NCBI GenBank assembly: GCA_003193925.1
Contig: PSPG01000006.1
Coordinates: 1-64,000 of the forward strand
Source: Candidatus Thalassarchaeum betae
GTDB lineage: Archaea > Thermoplasmatota > Poseidoniia > Poseidoniales > Thalassarchaeaceae
Length of the DNA stretch: 64,000 nucleotides
Direction: 5' to 3'
Numbering within the stretch: the first letter of the stretch is position 1; each line of letters opens with the position of its first letter. Of the stretch, positions 29,476 through 39,615 are shown piece by piece. Below the pieces are notes generated by a model. That model made no database searches. It was not told the origin of the DNA and saw nothing but the letters and a program-made list of their open reading frames with translations. The position numbers were made by a program, and so were the translations under genes.

Positions 29476-31563
29476 ATGGCAGCGGGCACTGGCATCTACA
29501 TCACCTGGATAACAGGTGCAATCCTACTCAGCATAGCGATGATGCCGCTGTTCAGACCGCCTTACGCGAAACTCAGGCTCGACGGCTTCATCGACATGTT
29601 CAGACGTTACTGGGCGCACATGGTGGTGGTCTTCTCGGTCTATCTGTGGAAGGACCTGCTGGACGGGGTGGACCGGGTCCTGATGGCCAACACCCAGCTT
29701 GACATGACGCCATACGTGTACGCGATAGAGGGCGACATTGTCCTGTGGGTCCAGCAGGAGCTGCGCAACGCCGTCCTGGATCAGACGCTGACCCACCTCT
29801 ACGTCATGGGATTCATGACGGTGACCTTCGCCTCGTTCCTGTATCCGGTCTACTTCGATGACAGGCACATGGCCGACAGGGTATCGCTGTCGATGTTCTG
29901 GGTCTACGTCATAGCGATCCCGTTCTTCCTCTTCTTCAACGTCGGAGTGACCGGGGATCACATTCCCGCTATGCAGACCATCGCATACGACCTCACACCC
30001 GAGATCCACAACTGGTTCACTCGGATTGACCCGTTCTCGAACGGCATGCCGAGTCTGCACATCGGTCTCCCGTTCACCATCTGGCTCACCATGCAGAGGT
30101 GGGACGAGGACGGCAGGTGGGCGAACTTTCGCAACTTCCTGATTGGCTTCATGGCGGTCACGTCCTTCGCCGTCGTCTACCTCGGGATACACTGGATAGT
30201 TGACATCATCGGCGGCATGGCCGTCGGCATACTCGCCGTCGAGCTGACAGCCAAGACCCACTCTTCCTTCTGGAGGGTTGCCGACGAGCGCCTGTTCAGC
30301 CGACGCCTCGCCCGTGCCCTCGCAGACCCCGGCAAGTCTGTGCGTGGTACTGTGAGCAGCGTATTCTCGGTCTTCAGGCCGCTCAAGGAGCCTAACAAGA
30401 GACAGACCAGCGTGATCATCGCCGCCCTGCTGCTCTCGACGGGCTTCGTTCTGCTGTGGGACGCCACCCATCAGGACTTCCCGGTCGAGGGCGTGGAATG
30501 GCCGACATCTGCGGCTGGCTCCGACGGATGGCTGGTCTCGGTCGAGGAGATGCCGGACGGCAGCATTGCAATCAGCGCGTGGAATGTCAGCGACGAGGTC
30601 GGCAGCGTGCTCTCAGGGGTGCCTTGGACGAATCCTCCTTCGGTTTCCATCTCAGGGGCGTTCCTAGTGCTTCATGACTCCCACAGGGTGGATTTCTACG
30701 AACTCGAATCCGACGAACTCGAGTTCTCCCCCAAGTTCAGCCGGACTGAGAGCGATTCCGTGCTGGATGTGGCGATAGCGGAGTCGGGCTCAGGCGGGCC
30801 GCTGCTGGTGATAGTGCATGAGGACTCGTTGGAGATCATTGACGAGGAACAGAGACTAATCGAGACGGCTTCCTCAGAAGGCCCGTTCTCGATAGTCGCA
30901 GCCTCGGGCCAATTACTCGCATGGGCAGACACCACAGCCCCGCTGCCCACTGTCAACGTCACCTCGCTAGAGGGGCCAAGAATCGCTATCAGCCTTGTTT
31001 TGGATGCGAGTGCGACCGAATCCCAGGACAAGTACCTCGAGCAGGTTTCGGGAGTCGCGGTGGACTACGAGAACGCCGAGATAGTCGACATCGCCATGGA
31101 TCCGATGTGGGTGGCTGCGGTGGTCGATGTCGGACCGGTCAACCGGACTGTCTTGGTCAACATCCTGACAGGAGAGCAGTCGATGCTTTCCGATCCAGTG
31201 TGGCAGTCATCGTCCCCGAGCGTGGCGCACGGGCGAGTGGCATTCCTGCAGATACCACGCTGGGACCCTTCCGTCGACCCCGAGGAGATCGTCACCACGA
31301 TGGACGTCTACCTCCATGACATCGGGACCAACAGCACACTGGCCATCACGCACGACGATGACGTCGACCAGTCGGACCCGCAGGTCCTGCTGAACAACGT
31401 GGCATGGGTCGAGGTCGACGCTGATGGCGTCGCTGTGCTCAAGGTGTATTCGGAGGAGACCTTCCAGCCCTACTCCTCGGTGATCCTGCAATCCGCCATC
31501 CTAATGCTGATTCCGTTGCTTTTCCTATGGTCCTATCAGGCCGCTTCGGAGCGCCGGGGCTGA
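29476..31563 (+). CDS. PAP2/IPC-synthase-like membrane protein fused to an extracellular beta-propeller-like domain
   Basis: Multiple TM helices; MPSLH and YLGIHWIVDIIGG; C-terminal DVYLHDIGT...QSDPQV propeller-like blades and a terminal TM helix. Confidence 0.75.
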   Translation: MAAGTGIYITWITGAILLSIAMMPLFRPPYAKLRLDGFIDMFRRYWAHMVVVFSVYLWKDLLDGVDRVLMANTQLDMTPYVYAIEGDIVLWVQQELRNAVLDQTLTHLYVMGFMTVTFASFLYPVYFDDRHMADRVSLSMFWVYVIAIPFFLFFNVGVTGDHIPAMQTIAYDLTPEIHNWFTRIDPFSNGMPSLHIGLPFTIWLTMQRWDEDGRWANFRNFLIGFMAVTSFAVVYLGIHWIVDIIGGMAVGILAVELTAKTHSSFWRVADERLFSRRLARALADPGKSVRGTVSSVFSVFRPLKEPNKRQTSVIIAALLLSTGFVLLWDATHQDFPVEGVEWPTSAAGSDGWLVSVEEMPDGSIAISAWNVSDEVGSVLSGVPWTNPPSVSISGAFLVLHDSHRVDFYELESDELEFSPKFSRTESDSVLDVAIAESGSGGPLLVIVHEDSLEIIDEEQRLIETASSEGPFSIVAASGQLLAWADTTAPLPTVNVTSLEGPRIAISLVLDASATESQDKYLEQVSGVAVDYENAEIVDIAMDPMWVAAVVDVGPVNRTVLVNILTGEQSMLSDPVWQSSSPSVAHGRVAFLQIPRWDPSVDPEEIVTTMDVYLHDIGTNSTLAITHDDDVDQSDPQVLLNNVAWVEVDADGVAVLKVYSEETFQPYSSVILQSAILMLIPLLFLWSYQAASERRG

Positions 31564-32649
31564 TCACTCGGCGAGCCGGAACATCTCGTCGAGGCAGTTG
31601 CCCGCTCTTTCGATGACAGCCGACTCAATCTCGATGACCTGCTCGGACCGAGGCTCCCTCAGGGCCTGCAGGATGTCCTCTAGCTGAGTGACCTTCATGT
31701 GGCGACACATCACACACGCGCCGATCAGGTTCAGTTCCTCATCGGACTCGGCTATTACCCTGTCAGCCGTGCCGCACTCGGTGATGAGCATGAGGTCCCT
31801 CTTGCCTTCCGAGGCGAGTCGAAGAGCCTCGTTTATCAAGACCTCGCTGCTACCGACGAAGTCGCTCTCCTCGAGCACGTCGGCGTCACACTCCGGGTGA
31901 CTGAGGACCATAAGTTCCATTCCGAGTTCAGCGGTACGCTTCCTCCAGGAGCGAATCTTGTCGCCGGTGAAGATCGCGTGGACCTCGCATTCACCGTCGA
32001 ATACGATGACCTCCTTCTTCCCAGCTAGCGCGCTCTGGAGGTGCTTGCCCATGAAGCGATCGGGGACGAAGATCAGGCGCTCGCCAGGCAGCCTCTCGCA
32101 GATACTCAGGTAGTTGCTGCTGGTCACGCAGACGTCGCACTCGGCCTTGACCGCAGCGCTGGTGTTGATGTAGCAGGCGACCGGAACACCCGGATAGGCC
32201 TCCTTCAGGTCGCGGACGTCTCGCGCCGTAATGCCGTCGCTGAGCGAGCAGCCGGCCTCGGGTGAGGGGTGCAGGACCACCTTGTGGGGGCTGACTATCT
32301 TGGCCGTCTCGGCCATGAATCGGACGCTCGAGAACAGGATGGTCTGCTGGGGCGCGTCACGGGCCTCCTTGGAGAGCGCATAACTGTCGGCGACAGAGTC
32401 GGCGACGCCGTATATGATATCCGGAGTCTGATATGAGTGGGCGATAAGGAAGACATCGTTCTCACGCTTCAGCTGGTTGATTTCCAAAGTGAGCGGTGCG
32501 ATGGCTCTGCAGGTGCTGAGATTCCACTTGACGGGCTGCTTGATGACTCTCTGTAGACGACGTGACTCAGCCTCTATCTCAGCGTCCGAATAAGAGCTCG
32601 GAATCAGGCTTCCCCGGGGTAGAGGGGCGGTCAGAAGCTCGATTGTCAT
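31564..32649 (-). CDS. nadA: Quinolinate synthase A
   Basis: IAHSYQ, VRFMAETAK, AGCSL, YINTSA, CEVH, HPEC, CRHMK. Confidence 0.93.
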   Translation of the reverse strand: MTIELLTAPLPRGSLIPSSYSDAEIEAESRRLQRVIKQPVKWNLSTCRAIAPLTLEINQLKRENDVFLIAHSYQTPDIIYGVADSVADSYALSKEARDAPQQTILFSSVRFMAETAKIVSPHKVVLHPSPEAGCSLSDGITARDVRDLKEAYPGVPVACYINTSAAVKAECDVCVTSSNYLSICERLPGERLIFVPDRFMGKHLQSALAGKKEVIVFDGECEVHAIFTGDKIRSWRKRTAELGMELMVLSHPECDADVLEESDFVGSSEVLINEALRLASEGKRDLMLITECGTADRVIAESDEELNLIGACVMCRHMKVTQLEDILQALREPRSEQVIEIESAVIERAGNCLDEMFRLAE

Positions 32650-32706
32650 GTCTCCCGCCCTCTCGTTAGGTGCAACCGCTTTCAAGGCATCTCATCTCGG
32701 GGTGGC

Positions 32707-33369
32707 ATGGCCACGGGCGCCATTCCGATGTGGATGCCGGAGAAAGTGCTCCACGAGGGTGCTGAGGCCACTGTGACTTCGGGGTCGTGGCTGGGCAAGC
32801 CAGCGGTGCTGAAAATGCGCAGACCACGAGGCTACAGACACCCAGATCTTGACCGAAGTCTGACTCGTCAGCGACTCTCGGTCGAGGCTAGGGTGCTGGG
32901 CAGGCTGCAGACGAGGGAGTTCCCCTCCCCCGCGGTGTACGACCTCGACATCGAAGAAGGGTGGATGCTGCTCTCGCGCATCGATGGCAGGCCGCTGTAC
33001 GATGCGCTGAAAGACGACTCTGCCGACGCCGCTTCCACGACCCCCGTCGGCGCCCTCATTCGTAACCTGCACGAGGCTGGTATCTCCCACGGGGACATGA
33101 CGACTCACAACATCCTCGTGGACACGGCTGGCGCCCTCTATCTCATCGACTTCGGACTAGCCCGTATCTCACCCGAGCTCGAGCACCTAGGGATCGACTT
33201 GCAAGTCCTGAACGAATGCCTCACTGCGAGTCATTCGGAGCATGAGGGGGCGGTACAGTCGATGGTTGACGGGTATCTTGCGGCAGACGCTGGCGGTGCA
33301 GTCGCCAGCGCCGAGGAAGTCGTAGCCAGATTTAACGCAATCAGAGGCCGAGTCCGGTATCACGGGTAG
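32707..33369 (+). CDS. bud32: KEOPS complex kinase Bud32
   Basis: GAEA, YRHPDLD, HGDMTTHN, LIDFGL, C-terminal RVRY. Confidence 0.88.
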   Translation: MATGAIPMWMPEKVLHEGAEATVTSGSWLGKPAVLKMRRPRGYRHPDLDRSLTRQRLSVEARVLGRLQTREFPSPAVYDLDIEEGWMLLSRIDGRPLYDALKDDSADAASTTPVGALIRNLHEAGISHGDMTTHNILVDTAGALYLIDFGLARISPELEHLGIDLQVLNECLTASHSEHEGAVQSMVDGYLAADAGGAVASAEEVVARFNAIRGRVRYHG

Positions 33370-33377
33370 GTGCGCGA

Positions 33378-33971
33378 ATGAGGATACTGTTCGCCACCGG
33401 AAACCCCCACAAGGTCGTCGAGGCGGTGCAGATGCTGTCTCCACTGGGCCACAGCGTTGAGCCGCTGCTCGTCGACGGCGAGATGCCCGATTTCGTCGAG
33501 CCGCAGGCGGAGGGCCTGGAGGCCGTGGCATTCGCCAAGATCGAACAGGCTCGCATGATGATGCAGGGCACCGAGTTGGAAGGCTCGGCGATAATGGTCG
33601 AGGACTCGGGGCTGTTCATCGACTCGCTGGACGGCTTCCCGGGAGCGTATTCCTCCTTCGTCGAGGGAACCGTGGGACTCGACGGCATCCTCCGGCTGCT
33701 CGAGGACGCTGGGGACCGCGGGGCCGAATACAGGGCTGTGGCGATAGTCGACTCCGAAGGCAGGACATGGCAGGCCAACGGGATCTGCAGGGGCAGGATA
33801 TCCAAGGAGATGCTCGGGAGCGGTGGTTTCGGCTACGATCCCATCTTCGTCCCAGATGAGGGTGACGGGCGCACTTGCGCGCAGATGAGCGCCGAGGAAA
33901 AATCAGCCATCTCGCATCGCGGACAGGCCCTGAGGGGCCTCTCCGAGGTCCTCAGTTCTGCGTCAAGGTGA
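33378..33971 (+). CDS. rdgB: Non-canonical purine NTP pyrophosphatase (Ham1/RdgB)
   Basis: FATGNPHK, EDSGLFI, GFPGAYS, GFGYDPIF, KSAISHRG. Confidence 0.93.
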   Translation: MRILFATGNPHKVVEAVQMLSPLGHSVEPLLVDGEMPDFVEPQAEGLEAVAFAKIEQARMMMQGTELEGSAIMVEDSGLFIDSLDGFPGAYSSFVEGTVGLDGILRLLEDAGDRGAEYRAVAIVDSEGRTWQANGICRGRISKEMLGSGGFGYDPIFVPDEGDGRTCAQMSAEEKSAISHRGQALRGLSEVLSSASR

Positions 33972-34003
33972 AGACGGAGCGCTGTTGTGGGAGTCCGATA
34001 GCC

Positions 34004-34927
34004 ATGGTGTCGCTGACCCGGCTCGTCCTCTGGACCGCGGTTCTGGTGGGCATTCCCCTGTTCCTCGTCCTGCAGGGTGAGGCTAGCCTGATGACGCAAA
34101 TCGCAGGCGGTGCTATACTTCTCGCCCTGATATCCATCCTGATGTTCTCAGGTCGCTCACCTGTCCCGAAGCCATCTCGAAAGAAGGACACTGTGGCAGT
34201 GGAGGAGTTCAAGGATGAGATCGAACTGCCGGCCCCGGTACTCGAGCTAGAGGGCGCCAGCGAGCGGCGCGAGGGGAAAATCCAGCGAAGCAGGGGCAGA
34301 GTGGCTCAGCCTGCTATACCACCGATGCCCGCCCCTCCAGCGATGCCTATGCCCCCCCCGGCCGAGGTAGCACCTGATGGCGAGGCATCATCGCTACCTC
34401 CGATGCCAGTGATGCCGGACGATGGCAGTCAGGTTGCAGCGCGCTACGTGGCGGCGTCGGACCCTCAGTCAGAGCTGGAGACGGAGATCGAGACCTTCGT
34501 GGGACAGAGACGGGAGAGGCGCGCAGAGATACGCTCCAAGTTGGAGAGGAAGCGTCGGATGGTCCTAGCCGAGAGACGAGCAGCCAAGGTCAGAATGTGG
34601 TCTGCGGTGGAGGACGGCGAGGACCTCGCTGCCATTCTCAAGGACCCGAATCACGGTCTGATAGTGCTGGAGGAGCCCGAGAGCCCCGATACGAGCAAGC
34701 CACAAGGAATCTCGTACGTCCGAATCGATGGGAGCCGCGTGCTGAAGCTCCGAATGCCTCTGGAGGTGCCAGAGAAGGAGCAGCCGGCCCCGCCTGAGCC
34801 CGAGATGCCAGAACTGCCTCCGCTCCCGCCGCCTGGGGGCATGCCGCCCCCGCCCGGATTGCCACCGATGCCCCCTCCACCTGGCATGCCGCCGATGCCT
34901 CCTCCAGTCACTTCCGATGACGCATAG
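34004..34927 (+). CDS. Membrane-anchored proline-rich protein
   Basis: Two N-terminal TM helices; PPMP/PPPPG tracts; charged helix. Confidence 0.7.
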   Translation: MVSLTRLVLWTAVLVGIPLFLVLQGEASLMTQIAGGAILLALISILMFSGRSPVPKPSRKKDTVAVEEFKDEIELPAPVLELEGASERREGKIQRSRGRVAQPAIPPMPAPPAMPMPPPAEVAPDGEASSLPPMPVMPDDGSQVAARYVAASDPQSELETEIETFVGQRRERRAEIRSKLERKRRMVLAERRAAKVRMWSAVEDGEDLAAILKDPNHGLIVLEEPESPDTSKPQGISYVRIDGSRVLKLRMPLEVPEKEQPAPPEPEMPELPPLPPPGGMPPPPGLPPMPPPPGMPPMPPPVTSDDA

Positions 34928-34971
34928 ACCGTCGACTGAATGTTGAAGCGCGAAACGACTCTGGGCGAGCC

Positions 34972-35808
34972 ATGAGCGACGAGGTCCTGCTGGTCGAGGA
35001 CTTCGCAGTGGAGGACTGCAGCCCTGTGGGAGGCGTAATCGCGGTCTGGACGCTCAACCGCCCGGAGAAGCTCAACGCGCTGAACCGGCAGTCGCACATC
35101 GCGATCAAGGAGCAGTGCGCGCGCGTCGAGGCCGACGACTCGGTCCGCGCAGTGGTGATTCGCGGCGCCCCCCCTCCTCCGGCGCTCGAAGGCAAGCGCC
35201 CCAAGCCGGCCGCCTTCGCCGCTGGGGCCGACATCGCCGAGTTCGCGGGCAAGAACTCAGACGACGTTCGCGAGTTCTTCGGCAACAACGCCTGGGAGGC
35301 GATATGGGACCTCAGCAAGCCGACCATCGCCATGGTCGACGGATTCGCACTGGGAGGCGGCACCGAGCTGGCGCTGGCCTGTGACCTCAGAGTCGCCTCG
35401 ACCCGAGCCAAGTTCGGACAGCCTGAGATTAATCTAGGGCTGATACCTGGCGGCGGGGGGACTCAGCGTCTGTGCAGGCTGCTGGGATACGGCAAGGCGA
35501 TGGAGATGACCCTGACCGGGGAGATGGTCGGAGCAGAGGAGGCTCTGAGCATCGGACTGGTCAACAAGGTGGTCGAGCCGGATGATCTCGAGGCAGCTGC
35601 AATGGCGCTGGCCGAGAACATAGCTAGGAAATCACCTTACACAGTCAAGGTCGCCAAGCGCGCCGTCCGCGCGGCGCTCGATCTGCCGTTCACGGAGGGG
35701 GTGCTGGCCGAGCGCTCCGAGTTCGTGGCGCTTTTCGACACCGAGGACAAGGAAATCGGGGTTTCCGCCTTCTTGGAGCACAAGGACGCGGAATGGGTCG
35801 GTCGCTAA
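34972..35808 (+). CDS. Enoyl-CoA hydratase/isomerase
   Basis: LNRPEKLNAL, FAAGADI, ALGGGTELA, PEINLGLIPGGGGTQRL. Confidence 0.92.
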   Translation: MSDEVLLVEDFAVEDCSPVGGVIAVWTLNRPEKLNALNRQSHIAIKEQCARVEADDSVRAVVIRGAPPPPALEGKRPKPAAFAAGADIAEFAGKNSDDVREFFGNNAWEAIWDLSKPTIAMVDGFALGGGTELALACDLRVASTRAKFGQPEINLGLIPGGGGTQRLCRLLGYGKAMEMTLTGEMVGAEEALSIGLVNKVVEPDDLEAAAMALAENIARKSPYTVKVAKRAVRAALDLPFTEGVLAERSEFVALFDTEDKEIGVSAFLEHKDAEWVGR

Positions 35809-35853
35809 CCGAACCCCAGCAAGCGTCTTGGCCGAGTGGCATGCCCTGAGTCC

Positions 35854-36402
35854 ATGGCGGGCCGCGTGATAGTGCTGTGTGGACCGCCCGGATCGGGCAA
35901 GGGCGTAGTCGTCGAGTGCGCCACCGCGCGCGGCTTGGCAGTGCTCTCCCTCGGCGACGTAGTGCGCACGGAAATGGCCGAGAGAGGCCTTCCCGAGACG
36001 CCTGAGAACGTGGGACAGACGGCGCTTGCCATGCGCGAGGAGCACGGAGAGGTCATCGTGGTGGACCGACTGATGCCGAGACTTGCCGAGGCGATGGAGT
36101 CCTCCGACGTCCTGATAGACGGAATGCGCCAGCCCGAGGAGCTGGAGCGGCTTCGTGAGCACATCGGGGATGTCACCATCGTCGCGCTGTCCGCACCTGC
36201 CCAAACTAGGGCTGAGTGGCTGGCAGAACGAGGCCGCGGCGAGGATGGCGGGGACGAGGAGTTCTCCGTGCGCGAGGAGCGCGAGTGGGGCTGGGGCCTC
36301 GAGCACCTGATGTCGCAGGCCGATGCCATCATCCTCAACGAGGGCTCGGTGGAGGAGCTTGGCCAGAGAACTGACATGATCCTCGAGACACTGGGCTTCT
36401 AA
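35854..36402 (+). CDS. P-loop nucleotide kinase-like protein (UPF0200 / archaeal AAA family)
   Basis: GPPGSGKG, SLGDVVR, IDGMR, REEREWGWG; start could be 35836. Confidence 0.75.
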   Translation: MAGRVIVLCGPPGSGKGVVVECATARGLAVLSLGDVVRTEMAERGLPETPENVGQTALAMREEHGEVIVVDRLMPRLAEAMESSDVLIDGMRQPEELERLREHIGDVTIVALSAPAQTRAEWLAERGRGEDGGDEEFSVREEREWGWGLEHLMSQADAIILNEGSVEELGQRTDMILETLGF

Positions 36403-36987
36403 TCACTCGAATGCGTCCTCGACCATCCCGACGGGTTCGTCCTCGGCACTCGCATCCATCACGAGCCAAGCGGCTTCGCGTCCGTTCCGCATCATCTCTT
36501 CCTGGATCTCGCGAATCCTGCCGAGATTCCCGAGATAGTGAGCAAGACCCCGATTGTTGTGCCTCTCACGCTTCATAATGAACTCCTGGTGCCTGTCCTC
36601 GTCCGCAACGTAGAGGACCACACCGCAAGCGACCCCACCGGTCGCTTTCCAGTCATCGAGAATCCAGGCGCCGGGAATCACATGCACTCCCTCGAGCAGC
36701 AGGTCGGAACCCTTCATACTGGCCCGCCTGACGACCGCTGCGACTCCCTCTGAGAGGACCTTGACTGTCTCGTGCCAATCTTGTACGACTCCCGAGCCCG
36801 CCGGTTCGAACGAGGAGCGGTGCAGAGCCGGCAGTTCGTCTGCGTCGAATTGGGTCCGCAGCGTCTCGCGAATGGTGTCGGTGGTCGCGATCTTGCTGAA
36901 TTCCAACGATGCCGCAGCGCGTGCCGAGAGGGTGGATTTGCCTACCCCGCTACTCCCGGTGATGACCAGAAGCCGGGGCTTGCTCAT
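36403..36987 (-). CDS. 2-phosphoglycerate kinase-like P-loop protein
   Basis: GSSGVGKST, TDTIRETLR, LHRSSF, LLEGVH. Confidence 0.75.
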   Translation of the reverse strand: MSKPRLLVITGSSGVGKSTLSARAAASLEFSKIATTDTIRETLRTQFDADELPALHRSSFEPAGSGVVQDWHETVKVLSEGVAAVVRRASMKGSDLLLEGVHVIPGAWILDDWKATGGVACGVVLYVADEDRHQEFIMKRERHNNRGLAHYLGNLGRIREIQEEMMRNGREAAWLVMDASAEDEPVGMVEDAFE

Positions 36988-36996
36988 ATGTGACCC

Positions 36997-38415
36997 TCAG
37001 CGCTGGATCGACTTGATTTCGAGGTACTCCTCGAGGCCGTGGACCCCTAGTTCGCGGCCGTTTCCCGAGAACTTGTAGCCGCCGAACGGCGCTGAGACGT
37101 TGAACGCGCCTCCGTTGATGCTGACTTGTCCGGTGCGCATCTGGCGAGCGACTCGCATCGCCCGCCCCTCGTCACCAGACCAGACTCCGCCCGAGAGCCC
37201 GTAGTCGGAGTCGTTCGCGAGGGCGATAGCCTCCTCCTCTGTCGAGTAGGTGGTTATCGAGAGAACAGGCCCGAAGATCTCCTCCCGGAAGATGGCCATC
37301 TCCGGCGTCACGTCGGCGAACACCGTCGGCTTGACGAAGTACCCCGAATCAAGGCCATCGGGCATGCCTTCGCCACCTGCGACCAGAGTAGCGCCCTCCT
37401 CGATGCCGCTGGCGATGTATGAGGTCACGCTCCTCTGCTGGCGCTTGGACACCATGGGGCCACAGCGTACCGATTCGTCGAGCGGGTCACCTACGGTGTA
37501 GCGGACCATCTTACCCAATATCACGTCGACGACCTCGTCGCGCTTCGCATCGGGCACGAGTAGGCGAGTGAGCGCCGAGCACTCCTGCCCTGAGTTGTTG
37601 AAGCAGGCATAGATGGCCGAGCCAGCGGCTCTGCCGATGTCTGCGTCGTCGAGGATGATGTTGGCGCTCTTGCCGCCGAGTTCGAGGGTCACCCGCTTGA
37701 CGCTGGGTGCAGCGAGCTCGCTGACGCGCACTCCAGCGCCGGTCGAGCCGGTGAAACTGACCATGTCGACGCCCGGGTGGCTGGATAGGACCTCCCCTAT
37801 CTCTCGTCCGTGTCCCGAGACGAGGTTGAAGACGCCTGCAGGCAGGTCAATCTCATGCATGATGTCGGCCAAGGCGAAGGCGTTCAGGGGTGCTTCCTTG
37901 GACGGCTTGACTACCATTGTGCAGCCGGCTGCGATTGCCGGGGCGACCTTGCCGATTATCTGGTGGAGCGGGAAGTTCCACGGTGTGATCATCGCGACCA
38001 CACCGACGGGCTCCTTGACGACGAGCGAGTTTCGGACCTCCTCCTCCCACTCAAAGCTCTCGAGTATCTTCGCGTACGAGCGTGAGACCACTCTAGGAGT
38101 CCCCACCATGGCCATCCTGCAGTAGTTGATGGGGGTGCCGACCTCTGCTGTGATGAGTTGCGACAGCTCCTCAGTCTGTTCTTTTATCGCCGTCGAGAGC
38201 TTGTTCAGATACTCCCCCCGCTCATCTATTGAGGTTCTGGACCAAGAGGGGAAAGCGGCTCGTGCGGCGGCCACCGCGACATCGATGTCAGCCGCCGAGC
38301 CGACCGACACCGAGCCGATCAACTGCTCATTGGCGGGATTGACGACCTCGATCGAGCCCTCGCCGTGCGGGGCGACCCATTCACCCCCGATGTACAGGTG
38401 CTCCCGCGTGTGCAT
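36997..38415 (-). CDS. Aldehyde dehydrogenase
   Basis: ITPWNFP, FTGST, LELGGKS, NSGQEC, EEIFGPV, PFGGYK. Confidence 0.95.
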   Translation of the reverse strand: MHTREHLYIGGEWVAPHGEGSIEVVNPANEQLIGSVSVGSAADIDVAVAAARAAFPSWSRTSIDERGEYLNKLSTAIKEQTEELSQLITAEVGTPINYCRMAMVGTPRVVSRSYAKILESFEWEEEVRNSLVVKEPVGVVAMITPWNFPLHQIIGKVAPAIAAGCTMVVKPSKEAPLNAFALADIMHEIDLPAGVFNLVSGHGREIGEVLSSHPGVDMVSFTGSTGAGVRVSELAAPSVKRVTLELGGKSANIILDDADIGRAAGSAIYACFNNSGQECSALTRLLVPDAKRDEVVDVILGKMVRYTVGDPLDESVRCGPMVSKRQQRSVTSYIASGIEEGATLVAGGEGMPDGLDSGYFVKPTVFADVTPEMAIFREEIFGPVLSITTYSTEEEAIALANDSDYGLSGGVWSGDEGRAMRVARQMRTGQVSINGGAFNVSAPFGGYKFSGNGRELGVHGLEEYLEIKSIQR

Positions 38416-38515
38416 GCACGCTCGACTGAGCGACGTCTTATGAGATTCATGTAATTCAAGAACAGCCCCCCCGTCTCGCGAGCATGGCCTTGAAGGTAGA
38501 GCGCCATGAGGTGGA

Positions 38516-38980
38516 GTGAGCGTGCCTCGCAGGCTCATCGTGATGCGCCACGCTGACAGCAGTCGCGACTACCCCAACATGAGCGACCACGACAGGCCCC
38601 TGAACGCGCGTGGACAGAGAGACGCTCCGCGGATGGCGGATGCGCTGTCCAAGAGGGACTGGCTGCCCCAACTGGTGTTGGTAAGCAGCGCCAGACGCAC
38701 TCTTGAGACACTGGAAGGAATGGCACCGCACATGGACGAGGCCAGGATTGACGTCAGGCCGGAGATCTACCATGCCGGCATCAGCACCCTGTTGACCCAG
38801 TTGGGGGACATGCTGGGCGGCGGTACGACCATGATACTGGGCCATAACCCGGGCTCTGAGAATCTAATCAATCACCTGACAGGCGAGTGGCGCGAGATGC
38901 AGACTGCCGCAGCCGCGTTACTGGTCGAGACTTCAGACGGTTGGACGGTCGAGGAAGTCCTCAGGCCGAGGGAACTCTGA
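38516..38980 (+). CDS. SixA-like histidine phosphatase
   Basis: MRHA, DHDRPLNARG, SSARRT, GHNPG. Confidence 0.85.
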   Translation: MSVPRRLIVMRHADSSRDYPNMSDHDRPLNARGQRDAPRMADALSKRDWLPQLVLVSSARRTLETLEGMAPHMDEARIDVRPEIYHAGISTLLTQLGDMLGGGTTMILGHNPGSENLINHLTGEWREMQTAAAALLVETSDGWTVEEVLRPREL

Positions 38981-39033
38981 GGCTTCGGACGCAGTTCGAC
39001 AGATTGAAGGCGGAAACCCTCTGACTTGGTCTC

Positions 39034-39378
39034 ATGAAGGAGTACAGAATCTCGATGAATGACGAACCTGGCGCGCTCGCCGACCACTGTGAAGCCATAG
39101 CCGCTGCGGATGTGAACATACTCGCTGTGGTCGCCATTGGAGGCGACTCTGCATCGGCTGTCATCCTGACTGACAGCCCCGATGCGACCTCCGGTGCCCT
39201 CGATGACATGGGGGCGAATTACACCGTAGCTGACCTGAAGTCGATCAAGATGGATCACGAACCAGGGGCCTTGGCCTCGTTTACGAGGGGCATGGCCAGT
39301 TCAGGTGTCAATCTCAAGTCGCTGTATATCATGTCGATCGACGGCGACAGCGCTACCATCGGGTACACGACAGACTGA
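39034..39378 (+). CDS. Tandem ACT-domain protein
   Basis: Two DEPGALA/HEPGALA...VNI/VNL repeats. Confidence 0.8.
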   Translation: MKEYRISMNDEPGALADHCEAIAAADVNILAVVAIGGDSASAVILTDSPDATSGALDDMGANYTVADLKSIKMDHEPGALASFTRGMASSGVNLKSLYIMSIDGDSATIGYTTD

Positions 39379-39387
39379 GACGAATTA

Positions 39388-39462
39388 GCGGGCATGGTCT
39401 AGTGGTTATGACAGCAGGTTCCCAACCTGCTAACCCGGGTTCAACTCCCGGTGTCCGCACCA
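39388..39462 (+). tRNA. tRNA-Gly (CCC)
   Basis: GCGGGCA/TGTCCGC acceptor stem, GCAGG-TTCCCAA-CCTGC anticodon arm, GGTTCAACTCC T-loop, CCA. Confidence 0.95.
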
Positions 39463-39521
39463 TTCCGAACAACCCCGCCTTGAGCAACGCTAATCCGCGA
39501 TTCGCGATTCGCACGCACGCA

Positions 39522-39596
39522 GGGCCCGTGGGTTAGCTTGGCCTATACTTGGCGCTTCGGGGGCGTTAGACCCCAGTTCAAATCTGGGCGGGCCCA
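39522..39596 (+). tRNA. tRNA-Pro (CGG)
   Basis: GGGCCCG/CGGGCCC acceptor stem, GGCGC-TTCGGGG-GCGTT anticodon arm, AGTTCAAATCT T-loop; CCA not encoded. Confidence 0.92.
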
Positions 39597-39615
39597 CTCC
39601 TATAGCGTCTGATCT

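Noticed and set aside
39495-39521. CGCGATTCGCGATTCGCACGCACGC micro-repeats between the two tRNAs
   Set aside because: Too short to distinguish from slippage; no att duplicate of either tRNA was noticed.
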